Shown here piece by piece: positions 16,617 to 24,807 of a stretch of 24,901 nucleotides of DNA. Source of the stretch: a virus (taxonomy: Duplodnaviria; Caudoviricetes); the IMG/VR virus record IMGVR_UViG_3300017721_000693, positions 1 to 24,901 of that record. One strand, given 5' to 3'. The notes under the pieces were generated by a model. That model was not told where the DNA came from. It saw nothing but the letters and a program-made list of their open reading frames with translations, and searched no databases. The stretch's first letter is position 1, and each line of letters starts with the position of its first letter. The translations under genes and the position numbers were made by a program.

Positions 16617-17424
16617 ATTTCTTCTTCCAGTAACTCACAGGTAACAATGGATTTTCGGGAGAGAAGTAATGAGAATCTGCAGGGCACATTTTACAAAATG
16701 ATTCTTCCCTACGAGTGAAAAAGTCATGCAACTCTTCCTTATTACACTCAGGGTCAAGAGGAACATATTTGAGATATGGATCCCACTTATCACTTAAATT
16801 ATACTTATCTGCCTGCATAGGAAGATATGCTAAAGCAGGACACTTCCAAAGTTTTCCTTCATGCAACTGAACACATAGTTTAGATACACAATGCTTCCAA
16901 CTTTTCTTTGGATTCTCATCCTCATAGGGTTCCATTTTATCACCAAAACCCTTATACTGTCTAATCCAATGCTGAATAGATGGTCTTAACTCAACTTCAG
17001 CACCCGCATCCATCCAGTCTCTTACCAGTCGATATACTGGTTCAAACTTCTTGACATAATCAGGATCATTGTCAGAGTGAACGGATACTCCCAACACTGT
17101 CCTAGTTCTCTTCAGTGCTTCACATAAATCTGGATGTTTATGTAAATAAAATCCGTTTGATATGACTTCAACATAAGAATTTGGCCACATCTTCCTGGTC
17201 AAGTACACAAGCTTAACCAAATCATTATGCAATGCAGGTTCTCCACCCATAAGAGTAAATCTTTGGGGCATAATCTTCTGCCTCCACGCCCACATCCACT
17301 CAGTCGCATCTTCAATAGAAAGCATACCACTGTGACCCTGATTCATGTAATGAGTACATCCTTCACAGGTAAGATTACATGAGTGAGTAACATGCAATTG
17401 AATCTCATGTGGTACTTTTAACAT
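16606..17424 (-). CDS. radical SAM protein, paralog of 13181..14032
   Basis: CNLTCEGC, GGEPALH, SNG, KLWKCPALAYLPMQ, FCKMCP. Confidence 0.92.
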   Translation of the reverse strand: MLKVPHEIQLHVTHSCNLTCEGCTHYMNQGHSGMLSIEDATEWMWAWRQKIMPQRFTLMGGEPALHNDLVKLVYLTRKMWPNSYVEVISNGFYLHKHPDLCEALKRTRTVLGVSVHSDNDPDYVKKFEPVYRLVRDWMDAGAEVELRPSIQHWIRQYKGFGDKMEPYEDENPKKSWKHCVSKLCVQLHEGKLWKCPALAYLPMQADKYNLSDKWDPYLKYVPLDPECNKEELHDFFTRREESFCKMCPADSHYFSPENPLLPVSYWKKKYDT

Positions 17425-18038
17425 CTACTCCCCTCATCGATAGTAACATTTGCTGCCAATATCATTCTCTTAGATTCTATTTGATTAACTGGTGCATAAT
17501 GCATTATCCCAGAAGGAAACAGAACCATAGATCCTTCTGTAACACCTTTTGGTATGTATTCCATCACATTGCCATCCCTTAAACTAATGAATGGTGCGAT
17601 AAATGTAGTTGGTAAGTGATCCTCATCAAATTCGATAAAAACAACCAGACTGAGATGACCCAAACCATGATTATGTGGTGGATGATATCTACTATTATCA
17701 TATATTTGGAACCAAGCAGTATCAACTGTCATAGTTTCTCCCAAATTCAATGCATGAAGACCATCTGTAATATCTTCATAAAGAACATTCTCAATTAAAC
17801 TATGATAATTATTACGATTATCATAATCTGTAGATTGATCATGAAGATCACCACTGATCATATTATCTTTAGAGTTATGCTCCCATATTTTTAAAAGAGC
17901 ATTCTTTTTACGTTCCCAATCACCAAGTTTAACGTGGTAAAAAGGAATAACCCAATCTTTTATATAATGATCAGTATCAACACTAAAATCATCATCTTGA
18001 GATAAATTTTCGTTAATTATTACTGTAGAATTCTTCAT
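17418..18038 (-). CDS. putative 2OG-Fe(II) oxygenase (HxH type)
   Basis: WFQIY...HPPHNHG...LSLVVFI...EGSMVLFPSGIMH...RMILAAN. Confidence 0.82.
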   Translation of the reverse strand: MKNSTVIINENLSQDDDFSVDTDHYIKDWVIPFYHVKLGDWERKKNALLKIWEHNSKDNMISGDLHDQSTDYDNRNNYHSLIENVLYEDITDGLHALNLGETMTVDTAWFQIYDNSRYHPPHNHGLGHLSLVVFIEFDEDHLPTTFIAPFISLRDGNVMEYIPKGVTEGSMVLFPSGIMHYAPVNQIESKRMILAANVTIDEGSRC

Positions 18039-18213
18039 TGCGTCTTTGATCTAAATACTGAATAATTTCGGCTCGCCATTCTAGTAGTTCATGATAACAT
18101 TCCTGATCATGAGCATCCTGACGTAACTCATGGTCTGGTTTCAATACACTTTCATAGAAAATGTAAAACGCATCTTTACGTTTCTGATGTTTCGTGGTGC
18201 TATCCAAGTCCAT
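18013..18213 (-). CDS. cyanophage hypothetical protein
   Basis: 66 aa, FYESVLKPDHELRQDAHDQECYHELLEWR. Confidence 0.75.
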   Translation of the reverse strand: MDLDSTTKHQKRKDAFYIFYESVLKPDHELRQDAHDQECYHELLEWRAEIIQYLDQRRNEEFYSNN

Positions 18214-18711
18214 TTAGGTCTCCATTTGTTTTACTTTAAGTCCACCTACTAGAACTTGTTTGCTCTTAGAATAATTTGAGGAATGTGGGATGGAAGAAGA
18301 AAAAACTAACACATTCCCCTCAGAAGGAAGAACATAATAAGGTTCTCCCAACGATAACACTGTGGCACCATCATCACAATCATTTAGATATAGTATAAAA
18401 CTATAATCTTCGTTATGATCATGACTATGCTCCCGCATACAACCACCATTAGTATAGTCAACTAAATGCAAATAGAAATATTCAAGATCAGTAAGATTAA
18501 GGATCTCTTCAACTTTTTGCTTTAATTCTCCAATATAGTTATAAAAGATGTAAGAATGAGGAAATTCTAATAAGTTAAGAGTTGCAAAGCAGTTGTCGGA
18601 TAAAGAACTTTGTTTCTCATCTTTTAGTAACTCTGGAGTTGAAAGACACAATCTCAATAGCGATTTCATATACATCACTATTTGTGGTCTGATTCTAAAC
18701 TGATCAATCAT
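18214..18711 (-). CDS. putative 2OG-Fe(II) oxygenase
   Basis: YTNGGCMREHSHD...SFILYLND...G...VFSSSIPHSS...KQVLVGG. Confidence 0.8.
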   Translation of the reverse strand: MIDQFRIRPQIVMYMKSLLRLCLSTPELLKDEKQSSLSDNCFATLNLLEFPHSYIFYNYIGELKQKVEEILNLTDLEYFYLHLVDYTNGGCMREHSHDHNEDYSFILYLNDCDDGATVLSLGEPYYVLPSEGNVLVFSSSIPHSSNYSKSKQVLVGGLKVKQMET

Positions 18712-18892
18712 CTTGTGGTTCTACATCTACGATGGCAGAGACAGGAACTTCATGTTCTCCACCAATCAAGTAATAATGTTCTCCATCTCTCTCACCAAGA
18801 TACAACAACTCACTACTAGGAAATTTATTCTCCCGTAGCATCGCTTGCAACTGCAAATGAGTCAATTCAGATTGTGAAATCTTCATTTCCAT
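18704..18892 (-). CDS. hypothetical protein
   Basis: 62 aa with overlapping neighbours. Confidence 0.7.
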   Translation of the reverse strand: MEMKISQSELTHLQLQAMLRENKFPSSELLYLGERDGEHYYLIGGEHEVPVSAIVDVEPQDD

Positions 18893-19103
18893 AAACCGCA
18901 GTATACTTTTGAATTAAAGAATCTCTCATTTCATGATATGGCGTGACATCCACATCATATTCATCACCAAAATTCCAAATACCTCCTTGCTGAATAGCAG
19001 CAATAGACGCCAGAATCATAGTCTTCAAACCTTCTTTATCACAAGTAATACTTACCAAAGTATCTGGATGTGGATCAGCATTCATCATTGTTCTATCATC
19101 CAA
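18867..19103 (-). CDS. hypothetical protein
   Basis: 78 aa; start could be ATG 19088 or 19085. Confidence 0.65.
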   Translation of the reverse strand: MDDRTMMNADPHPDTLVSITCDKEGLKTMILASIAAIQQGGIWNFGDEYDVDVTPYHEMRDSLIQKYTAVYGNEDFTI

Positions 19104-19276
19104 TTAGAGTCATCATGTTTAAGAACTGAGAATCTTTGCTTAGTAATCGATTCTAAGTGATATGCTTTAGAGTTTTCATCTTTAACTCTGCATGTATGTA
19201 ATTGTAGCATATCTACCTCAAAAAAGGTATGAGCTTTTGAACTGATTGGTGATACGTAAATAAACTTGGTTTTCAT
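19085..19276 (-). CDS. cyanophage hypothetical protein
   Basis: 63 aa; ATGA overlap with the upstream gene. Confidence 0.7.
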   Translation of the reverse strand: MKTKFIYVSPISSKAHTFFEVDMLQLHTCRVKDENSKAYHLESITKQRFSVLKHDDSNWMIEQ

Positions 19277-19500
19277 TTGATGAATACTGTTCCTTTTTTA
19301 GCTTGGTTACGATGTTTTTTAATGAAGTTTGTGGCAGAACTTTCGTTCCTACAAGTCTTCAATTGAACCCCATTATACACTACAATAAGGGATTTGCGTC
19401 CAGCAACAGGGACAGCAGCGTAACCGTCCCTAGTCATAAATCCAGACTTACAACCTTTATAAAAATTGTAAATTTCTTTTAATTCCTTTTCGTTAGTCAT
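19273..19500 (-). CDS. cyanophage hypothetical protein
   Basis: 75 aa, GYAAVP...VVYNGVQLKTCRN...FIKKHR; ATGA overlaps. Confidence 0.75.
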   Translation of the reverse strand: MTNEKELKEIYNFYKGCKSGFMTRDGYAAVPVAGRKSLIVVYNGVQLKTCRNESSATNFIKKHRNQAKKGTVFIK

Positions 19501-19928
19501 TGTGCAAAACTCAATGTAATTCTGGGTCCAATAATAACTGGTTCATGATACATTCCGACAGGAATATACAAAGCATCCGAAGGGTTCATAATTACCTCAC
19601 TACCATCATCAAATCTATACATCATTTTACCAACTGCCTGAACAATCATAACATCAGTCTCATCATTATGCCTACCAGCCGTCACCCCCTTATTCACTCT
19701 AGAATGATAAATGTGCATGAAATTCCATCCCTCAGGTTCCCTATTCATTTGCATAAGGATGTTAAGTAATAGTCCCTTGTAGTCTGAGTATCTACCAGTA
19801 GTTTCACCATAAAGTAAAGTAACATCATTCTTCCCTTCATGCACACCCATCAACATCTGCTCATTGATATGCGACCAAGTAAGACTCTTGACAAAATTAA
19901 ATTTTTTAGGTTGATACGTGTAATTCAT
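19497..19928 (-). CDS. cupin/JmjC-like oxygenase
   Basis: GRHNDETDVMIVQAVG...PSDALYIPVGMYHEP...PRITLSF. Confidence 0.8.
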   Translation of the reverse strand: MNYTYQPKKFNFVKSLTWSHINEQMLMGVHEGKNDVTLLYGETTGRYSDYKGLLLNILMQMNREPEGWNFMHIYHSRVNKGVTAGRHNDETDVMIVQAVGKMMYRFDDGSEVIMNPSDALYIPVGMYHEPVIIGPRITLSFAQ

Positions 19929-21172
19929 CGTTTTACAGTGCTAATTGCTGGTTTTCCTTCTACAAATACAGTGTTTACCACATCTTGTAATCTTTTTACC
20001 GTAGATATCCCCACATTGCTGTAGACAGGAACATGGACAAGTCCAAAGGACTTCTTGTAATCTCCAAGTTTACCAGGTGTTAGTTGTCCTTGCTGAATCC
20101 TCCTTACATCATCAAGATGCAAACGAAGAACCCGACCAACTGACTGACACATCTCAATAACATTCATTTGACGCATCAATACCAAAGAAGTAAGACCAGG
20201 AACAGAGATACCTTCACTCAAAATAGAGTAATGAATGACAATAAACTTCTTATCTGGTTGATCACCATACTCACGAACAAGAGAGAAGAACTTCTCACGA
20301 CTAATTTTATTGTAGTTGTGGAATGCACCCTGCCTACTAGTGATCCATAGGATATCATATCCCATCCGCCTTGCCTCTTGTAGGAATGTGGTTTTGATAA
20401 TCATGTTGCCCAACACCGTAGTGTTAGGAGCAGCAATCAGAACCTTCTGCATGTGATCTTCATTACGAAGAGTCCTCAAAAGAGTCATACAATCACGCTG
20501 TGCTGCCTCCTCAACAGTCTTTTCACGAACAGCAGCAATAGGGATAGCGTTGATCTTAGGAGGAAGGATGGAACCGTTCTTAATCAAGCGTGGTGCTGGA
20601 ACATTGTAAATAATGCCACCATAAACACTGTCATTCATACCATGCCTTTTAAGAGTAGCAGAGTACTTAGGAGTAGCAGTGAAGAAGTAGCAGCGGCGAG
20701 CAGCAGAAGTGTAATACCTGGCAGCACCAAAGAAATTCTTTTTGACCGAATTATGCGCCTCATCAAAATAGATGCAATCTACAACTATTTTAGATTCTTG
20801 TATACGATGAAGCGAATGATATGTAGTAAAAATTAGCTTATGGCAAGTAGTATGGTAATCCCACTTGTAAATCATGCTGGGATCAGTGGTGCAATGGTAT
20901 GGAAGATCATTACCCCCAGAGTGAACATGAAGGACAGCAGCATTCTTAATATGCTGAGTAAACTCATCAGATAGTTGACGAGCAAGCAGGAGACGAGGAG
21001 CAACCACAACAATGGTCTTGCATCCCTCCATCTTATCCATCTCACGCATTGCATCGGCAATTGCAATAAAGGTCTTACCTCCACCAGTCGGAACCACCAC
21101 GATGCCTTTGGACTTCTGATCCATAACATCAAGTGCTTCTGCCTGGTGGGGACGAAGTTGCATTGAACTCAT
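19925..21172 (-). CDS. SF2 DEAH-box helicase (type III restriction Res/UvsW-like)
   Basis: Q motif LRPHQ, Walker A PTGGGKT, Ia VVAPR, TTYHS, FDEAH, III TATP, V ILSEGISVP, VI QSVGRVLR. Confidence 0.9.
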   Translation of the reverse strand: MSSMQLRPHQAEALDVMDQKSKGIVVVPTGGGKTFIAIADAMREMDKMEGCKTIVVVAPRLLLARQLSDEFTQHIKNAAVLHVHSGGNDLPYHCTTDPSMIYKWDYHTTCHKLIFTTYHSLHRIQESKIVVDCIYFDEAHNSVKKNFFGAARYYTSAARRCYFFTATPKYSATLKRHGMNDSVYGGIIYNVPAPRLIKNGSILPPKINAIPIAAVREKTVEEAAQRDCMTLLRTLRNEDHMQKVLIAAPNTTVLGNMIIKTTFLQEARRMGYDILWITSRQGAFHNYNKISREKFFSLVREYGDQPDKKFIVIHYSILSEGISVPGLTSLVLMRQMNVIEMCQSVGRVLRLHLDDVRRIQQGQLTPGKLGDYKKSFGLVHVPVYSNVGISTVKRLQDVVNTVFVEGKPAISTVKR

Positions 21173-21184
21173 GTGAATACAAAT

Positions 21185-21193
21185 ATTATACCA
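21185..21193 (-). promoter_or_regulatory. possible extended -10 promoter TGGTATAAT for the second helicase
   Basis: Overlaps the stop of 21186..21602, 12 nt upstream of ATG 21172. Confidence 0.45.
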
Positions 21194-21602
21194 GAAATTG
21201 ATCTACCGTGACAGGTCCTGTAGTTCCATCAAATCTGTAATGATACTGAAGTGCATCTGCACAGACAAAATGTGGGTGATCTACAGAGATGTCAAGTCTC
21301 CTACACATCTCTTTGTGGTTGTCTTCCATCAACTCCACAGCATACAGCATATTGTTGATGATATGATCCTTACTATGATATTCCTGCAACGCTTCGTAAA
21401 GACAGACGATGAAGTTGCCACTACCAGCACAGTTGTCCATAAATCTGGAGTTTGGATTCTTTAGTTGTTCAATGGGAATGTCGTCTATCATGAGATTAAT
21501 TAGATCTGTTGGTGTAAAAACTTCCTGTGTCTGTTTAATCCGCTCATCAGAGCGTTCAATAGTGGACCCATGCTGCTGATTGTGACGGTTTTTAGATGAC
21601 AT
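21186..21602 (-). CDS. DNA amino-methyltransferase, SAM-binding half (motifs X-I-II-III, no NPPY)
   Basis: QEVFTP (X), FMDNCAGSGNF (I), LYAVEL (II), FVCADAL (III); protein ends without motif IV. Confidence 0.85.
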   Translation of the reverse strand: MSSKNRHNQQHGSTIERSDERIKQTQEVFTPTDLINLMIDDIPIEQLKNPNSRFMDNCAGSGNFIVCLYEALQEYHSKDHIINNMLYAVELMEDNHKEMCRRLDISVDHPHFVCADALQYHYRFDGTTGPVTVDQFLV

Positions 21603-22899
21603 TGGATCTCTCCAAGTAATTCAGTTCTTCGGATGTAAAACCAAATTGCTGAGATAGATTCTCATAGTTTGTGATGTCAGGTACTTCCGCATTCTTAATA
21701 GCAGGAGTAAATCCCGCAGTCTTTTTATAATTGTCCACAAAAAACTTGATAATCGAATTATCAAAGATCTTACTAAGGCGCGTCCCTTCCTCTTCCGAAG
21801 TAATAGGACACCAAGCATTAAGCATACCCACATATCCATTAGAGATAAACCTCTTCTTATATGTTGATGAGAACGGTACAATAAATTTTAGTACATCACT
21901 AGTATTGGGAAGAACATCGGTTCTACCAATCTTATCTGCAGATTTATAAATCTCATACTTACCATCAGGAGTGTAATCCTCATTAGCAATTACCTGACCC
22001 ATCTTCAGGGGAATACGAGGATGATTAGAGTTAGCAATCTTATCTAAAATGGAATGCTTAAGAGCAGCATCACCAAAGAGAGGCAAACCATCACGGAGAT
22101 CCCAAGTAAATGATCCGTCTTGAGTGATGACAGTAGTCTTACCCTTATATGGTTCATTTACTAGATGCCAACGACATATTGCAACGCCTTCATTGAAGAA
22201 GTCATCAGCAGTGTAGTCAATCAGTTTGAGGTTGTAGATCGTAGAGAACAACTTCATGAACTTTTTACCCTTGCCAGTGTTACCCAACACAGATGCAGGA
22301 GTGACCTCACACATATCTCCACCAGGAGCAACCATCTCTAGATGATCTTCCACTATCTTTGTCCACAGTTTGTTGTTCCGTGCCTTCTTGGTCGGATCGT
22401 TATATGGAGGATTGGCAAGAATGGCAGTGAACTTCATGTCTGGGTGGGTAGCAACGATTTTGATCTGCTCGTCAATGTATCCTACACGATTACGGTGACT
22501 ATCGCAACTCTCCCACACAGTGAGACGGTTGGGATCAATTCCACGTTCCAAGAGTCGAGCAGAATGAGAACCACTGGGATCACCAAACATGTATGTGCTG
22601 CTCATATCCTGACAGTCATTGATCATCGTGTCAAGCAATGGAGTAGGAATAGATTGCTGGGTAGCAGATGAGACCGATAGACCGTTAATAGTCTCAGAGA
22701 TTGATTGCCTCATGCTCTTCTGAATGCTGTTGGAGACCAAACCGATACGACGGGTCAGAAGTTCTACACTGCGAGGATTCTTAGAGATAACCTCAGAGAG
22801 GATTCCTTCTCTATCACCAGTTACAGAAGAATAAACATCAGAACCAATCACATCGTTGATAGAGTACACATTCCGACCACTACGGATGATATAGAACAT
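21592..22899 (-). CDS. N6-adenine DNA methyltransferase catalytic/TRD part (Eco57I/TaqI gamma-like); probably also translated as the C-terminus of a -1 frameshift fusion
   Basis: FTAILANPPY (IV), KLWTKIV (V), PGGDMCEVTPAS (VI), C-terminal FGFTSEEL. The frame stays open upstream to the slippery site at 22965-22971. Confidence 0.85.
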   Translation of the reverse strand: MFYIIRSGRNVYSINDVIGSDVYSSVTGDREGILSEVISKNPRSVELLTRRIGLVSNSIQKSMRQSISETINGLSVSSATQQSIPTPLLDTMINDCQDMSSTYMFGDPSGSHSARLLERGIDPNRLTVWESCDSHRNRVGYIDEQIKIVATHPDMKFTAILANPPYNDPTKKARNNKLWTKIVEDHLEMVAPGGDMCEVTPASVLGNTGKGKKFMKLFSTIYNLKLIDYTADDFFNEGVAICRWHLVNEPYKGKTTVITQDGSFTWDLRDGLPLFGDAALKHSILDKIANSNHPRIPLKMGQVIANEDYTPDGKYEIYKSADKIGRTDVLPNTSDVLKFIVPFSSTYKKRFISNGYVGMLNAWCPITSEEEGTRLSKIFDNSIIKFFVDNYKKTAGFTPAIKNAEVPDITNYENLSQQFGFTSEELNYLERSNVI

Positions 22900-22925
22900 G
22901 GTCAGAGGGATAGATTCTAACAGTG

Positions 22926-22986
22926 CCTTGACAGTCTGCTTCTTCAGCGTGTCAAGGTCATCGACTTTTTTACGCGATCAGTCTCC
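22926..22986 (-). promoter_or_regulatory. putative -1 programmed ribosomal frameshift cassette
   Basis: GGAG (22986-22983), 11 nt, A_AAA_AAG (22971-22965, in phase with the helicase frame), 7 nt, stem CCTTGACA (22957-22950) / TGTCAAGG (22933-22926). Confidence 0.75.
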
Positions 22987-24725
22987 ATCACGACACAACT
23001 TTGATTATTAGCACCATTGTCATTTAACTGCGTCTCCTTCAAGACTGTCGTGAGAGCAGACTTCAGGTTGAAGTTGAAGTCACTCAGACCACTGAGATCA
23101 AGAGACTCAACAATGCTGGTCACAGTAGAGATACTGCTCTCAACATCTGCTGCTAGAGCATCTTCAAATGCTTCCTTGCTCAGTTCCTGGAACCCATCGT
23201 TCCATTCATGGATGTTGGTGAAGTCTACAACGCTGAATTGAGAGAGTGAGGGATTGCTATCACATGCGAGTTGGAACGCTGTATGAAGAGCACGTAGGCA
23301 CCTCTGAGCATCAAAATCAATCACCCACCAATCATGTTCACCAGATCCACCACGGAATGCAAACTGTGTCCAGAACTCAATCGATTCTCCACCACGGCAA
23401 TTGATAACTGTATCAATCTTCTTAGCAGTCACACCCAGAACATTTGCAGACTGAGTGATGATGAGTGCCTTGGAATGCTCATCCAAGAATAGATTGATAT
23501 CATCCTGATCTTTTTTAGCATCAGAGGTAACTACCAATGCAGGATAGTAACACTCAACCAACTTTTGGAATGCATGACATGCCTTGACGCTGGGCAGTGC
23601 CATCATGTGATATGTACCCTTCAACAAACGATCACCGATACGGATATTACGTTGCGGTCCAAAGTAATTATGAGCAAACTCTCTGACCAGATCTTCATAC
23701 AAGAACTCATTTCCTTTCATGGTGAAGATGTTCTTCATCGCATCAGGATCGTTACCAAAGATCTCTTGATATGCAGAAGTTTGATACTTAGCAAAGGCAA
23801 CATTCATCTTAGGACGTTGGAACACCCCATTCTGGACATCCAGTTGCTCATCAAAATAGGTATAGACAAACTTCTGATTATCGTCGGGGAACATCCAACA
23901 AAGTTTGTGAGCAGTTCCAGAGATATAGCAGATCCGAGTATCAAGTTCTTCGCGCAGTTTGACAAACTGATCAGCAGTACCGCCAATATGTGCCTCGTCA
24001 AAGGCAACAAAGTCAACGTTCTTGATCTTGTCCAGACGCTTCAAGCAAGTCTGAACCGTACCCCAGAGAACAACGTTCACATCACGTTGACGCCAGTATT
24101 CAAGATGTGTCTCCCAACCAGGTTTTTTGAGAGAGACATACTTGACTGAAGGGAAGTATTTGTTTGAATCGTCTTTCCAGGACCCCTCAGGAGACTTCTG
24201 GCGAGAGCAAACCAGGGATACTTTATAGTCAGTATCAACAATGTGCTTCAGGACCATTGCAGACTTGCCTGCACGGCACTTAGCGAACAGCAGGAACTCG
24301 TTACTAGTACACCATGCAATCTTACTAAGGAACTTCTGCTGATATGGACGCGGTTTGAATTCCTCATACACCTTCTCCTTACCTGCGAAGAATTGTTCAT
24401 GGATCATCTCACCGATAATATCCAAGTTGTATCGAGACTGATCATACTCAAAAGTCTCTCTACCAATCTTCTTGATACCAGGTTGTTTAATCAACCAATT
24501 ATGAATAATGTCGTCGTGATGATCATCCCTGTCATCACGAGTAGAAACATTCTCCCACCAACGGCAGCGAATATACTTGGAATCAAATTGGGCAGCAATC
24601 TGCTTTGCCTTACCATAATCACTTCCACGATGCCGATGCTCCCAAGCAAAGTGGGTCTCTCCAACATTAAAAGATGGAACTGTGGCACCTTTGGCAGTGT
24701 CGAAGTAGATGTTGACGAGGGACAC
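22944..24725 (-). CDS. GIY-YIG/T5orf172-like nuclease fused to an SF2 DEAH helicase (restriction-subunit-like)
   Basis: Helicase motifs: KPRPYQ, AKCRAGKS, FDEAH, SGTA, QFAFRG. The N-terminal pattern IY...NVGET...R...HDDIIHNWL...ETF resembles T5orf172; this nuclease call is weaker. GTG start. Confidence 0.8.
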   Translation of the reverse strand: MSLVNIYFDTAKGATVPSFNVGETHFAWEHRHRGSDYGKAKQIAAQFDSKYIRCRWWENVSTRDDRDDHHDDIIHNWLIKQPGIKKIGRETFEYDQSRYNLDIIGEMIHEQFFAGKEKVYEEFKPRPYQQKFLSKIAWCTSNEFLLFAKCRAGKSAMVLKHIVDTDYKVSLVCSRQKSPEGSWKDDSNKYFPSVKYVSLKKPGWETHLEYWRQRDVNVVLWGTVQTCLKRLDKIKNVDFVAFDEAHIGGTADQFVKLREELDTRICYISGTAHKLCWMFPDDNQKFVYTYFDEQLDVQNGVFQRPKMNVAFAKYQTSAYQEIFGNDPDAMKNIFTMKGNEFLYEDLVREFAHNYFGPQRNIRIGDRLLKGTYHMMALPSVKACHAFQKLVECYYPALVVTSDAKKDQDDINLFLDEHSKALIITQSANVLGVTAKKIDTVINCRGGESIEFWTQFAFRGGSGEHDWWVIDFDAQRCLRALHTAFQLACDSNPSLSQFSVVDFTNIHEWNDGFQELSKEAFEDALAADVESSISTVTSIVESLDLSGLSDFNFNLKSALTTVLKETQLNDNGANNQSCVVMETDRVKKSMTLTR

Positions 24726-24751
24726 GAATGTAAGAATTGGTTTACCCCGTA

Positions 24752-24807
24752 ATTATACCCCATAAAAAAGGGGGGCAATGCCCCCCGTGACAGTTTAGAG
24801 ATTGTCC
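24752..24807 (-). promoter_or_regulatory. probable early promoter: TATAAT with upstream imperfect palindrome GGACAATC-N4-AACTGTCA
   Basis: ATTATA at 24752-24757; palindrome at 24788-24807, 30 nt away; same geometry as 769-825. Confidence 0.65.
24764..24786 (-). terminator. rho-independent terminator of the upstream tail-fibre gene
   Basis: GGGGGGC-ATT-GCCCCCC followed by TTTTTT, 8 nt after the stop at 24795. Confidence 0.8.

Noticed and set aside
22926-22957. TTGACA on both strands as -35 promoter elements
   Set aside because: No -10 hexamer lies 16-18 nt downstream on either strand. The repeat is better explained as the frameshift-stimulating stem, though a DNA-binding site is not excluded.
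22899-22971. Helicase/MTase break as a simple pseudogene
   Set aside because: Both ORFs are otherwise intact and the break coincides with a correctly phased heptamer, stem and SD. A homopolymer error cannot be excluded without reads.
213-24752. All plus-strand ORFs in the track (e.g. 6881..7222, 20453..20836, 23565..24149, 24243..24752)
   Set aside because: They are antisense shadows of well-supported minus-strand genes with no recognisable motifs. The Phe/Leu-rich ORF at 6881 is just the reverse complement of Glu/Lys codons.
1574-24778. Alternative-frame minus-strand ORFs (1574..1939, 2042..2314, 7676..7876, 20872..21132, 21621..21881, 23804..24016, 24491..24778)
   Set aside because: They are nested in or largely overlap strong genes, and their composition is typical of off-frame reading.
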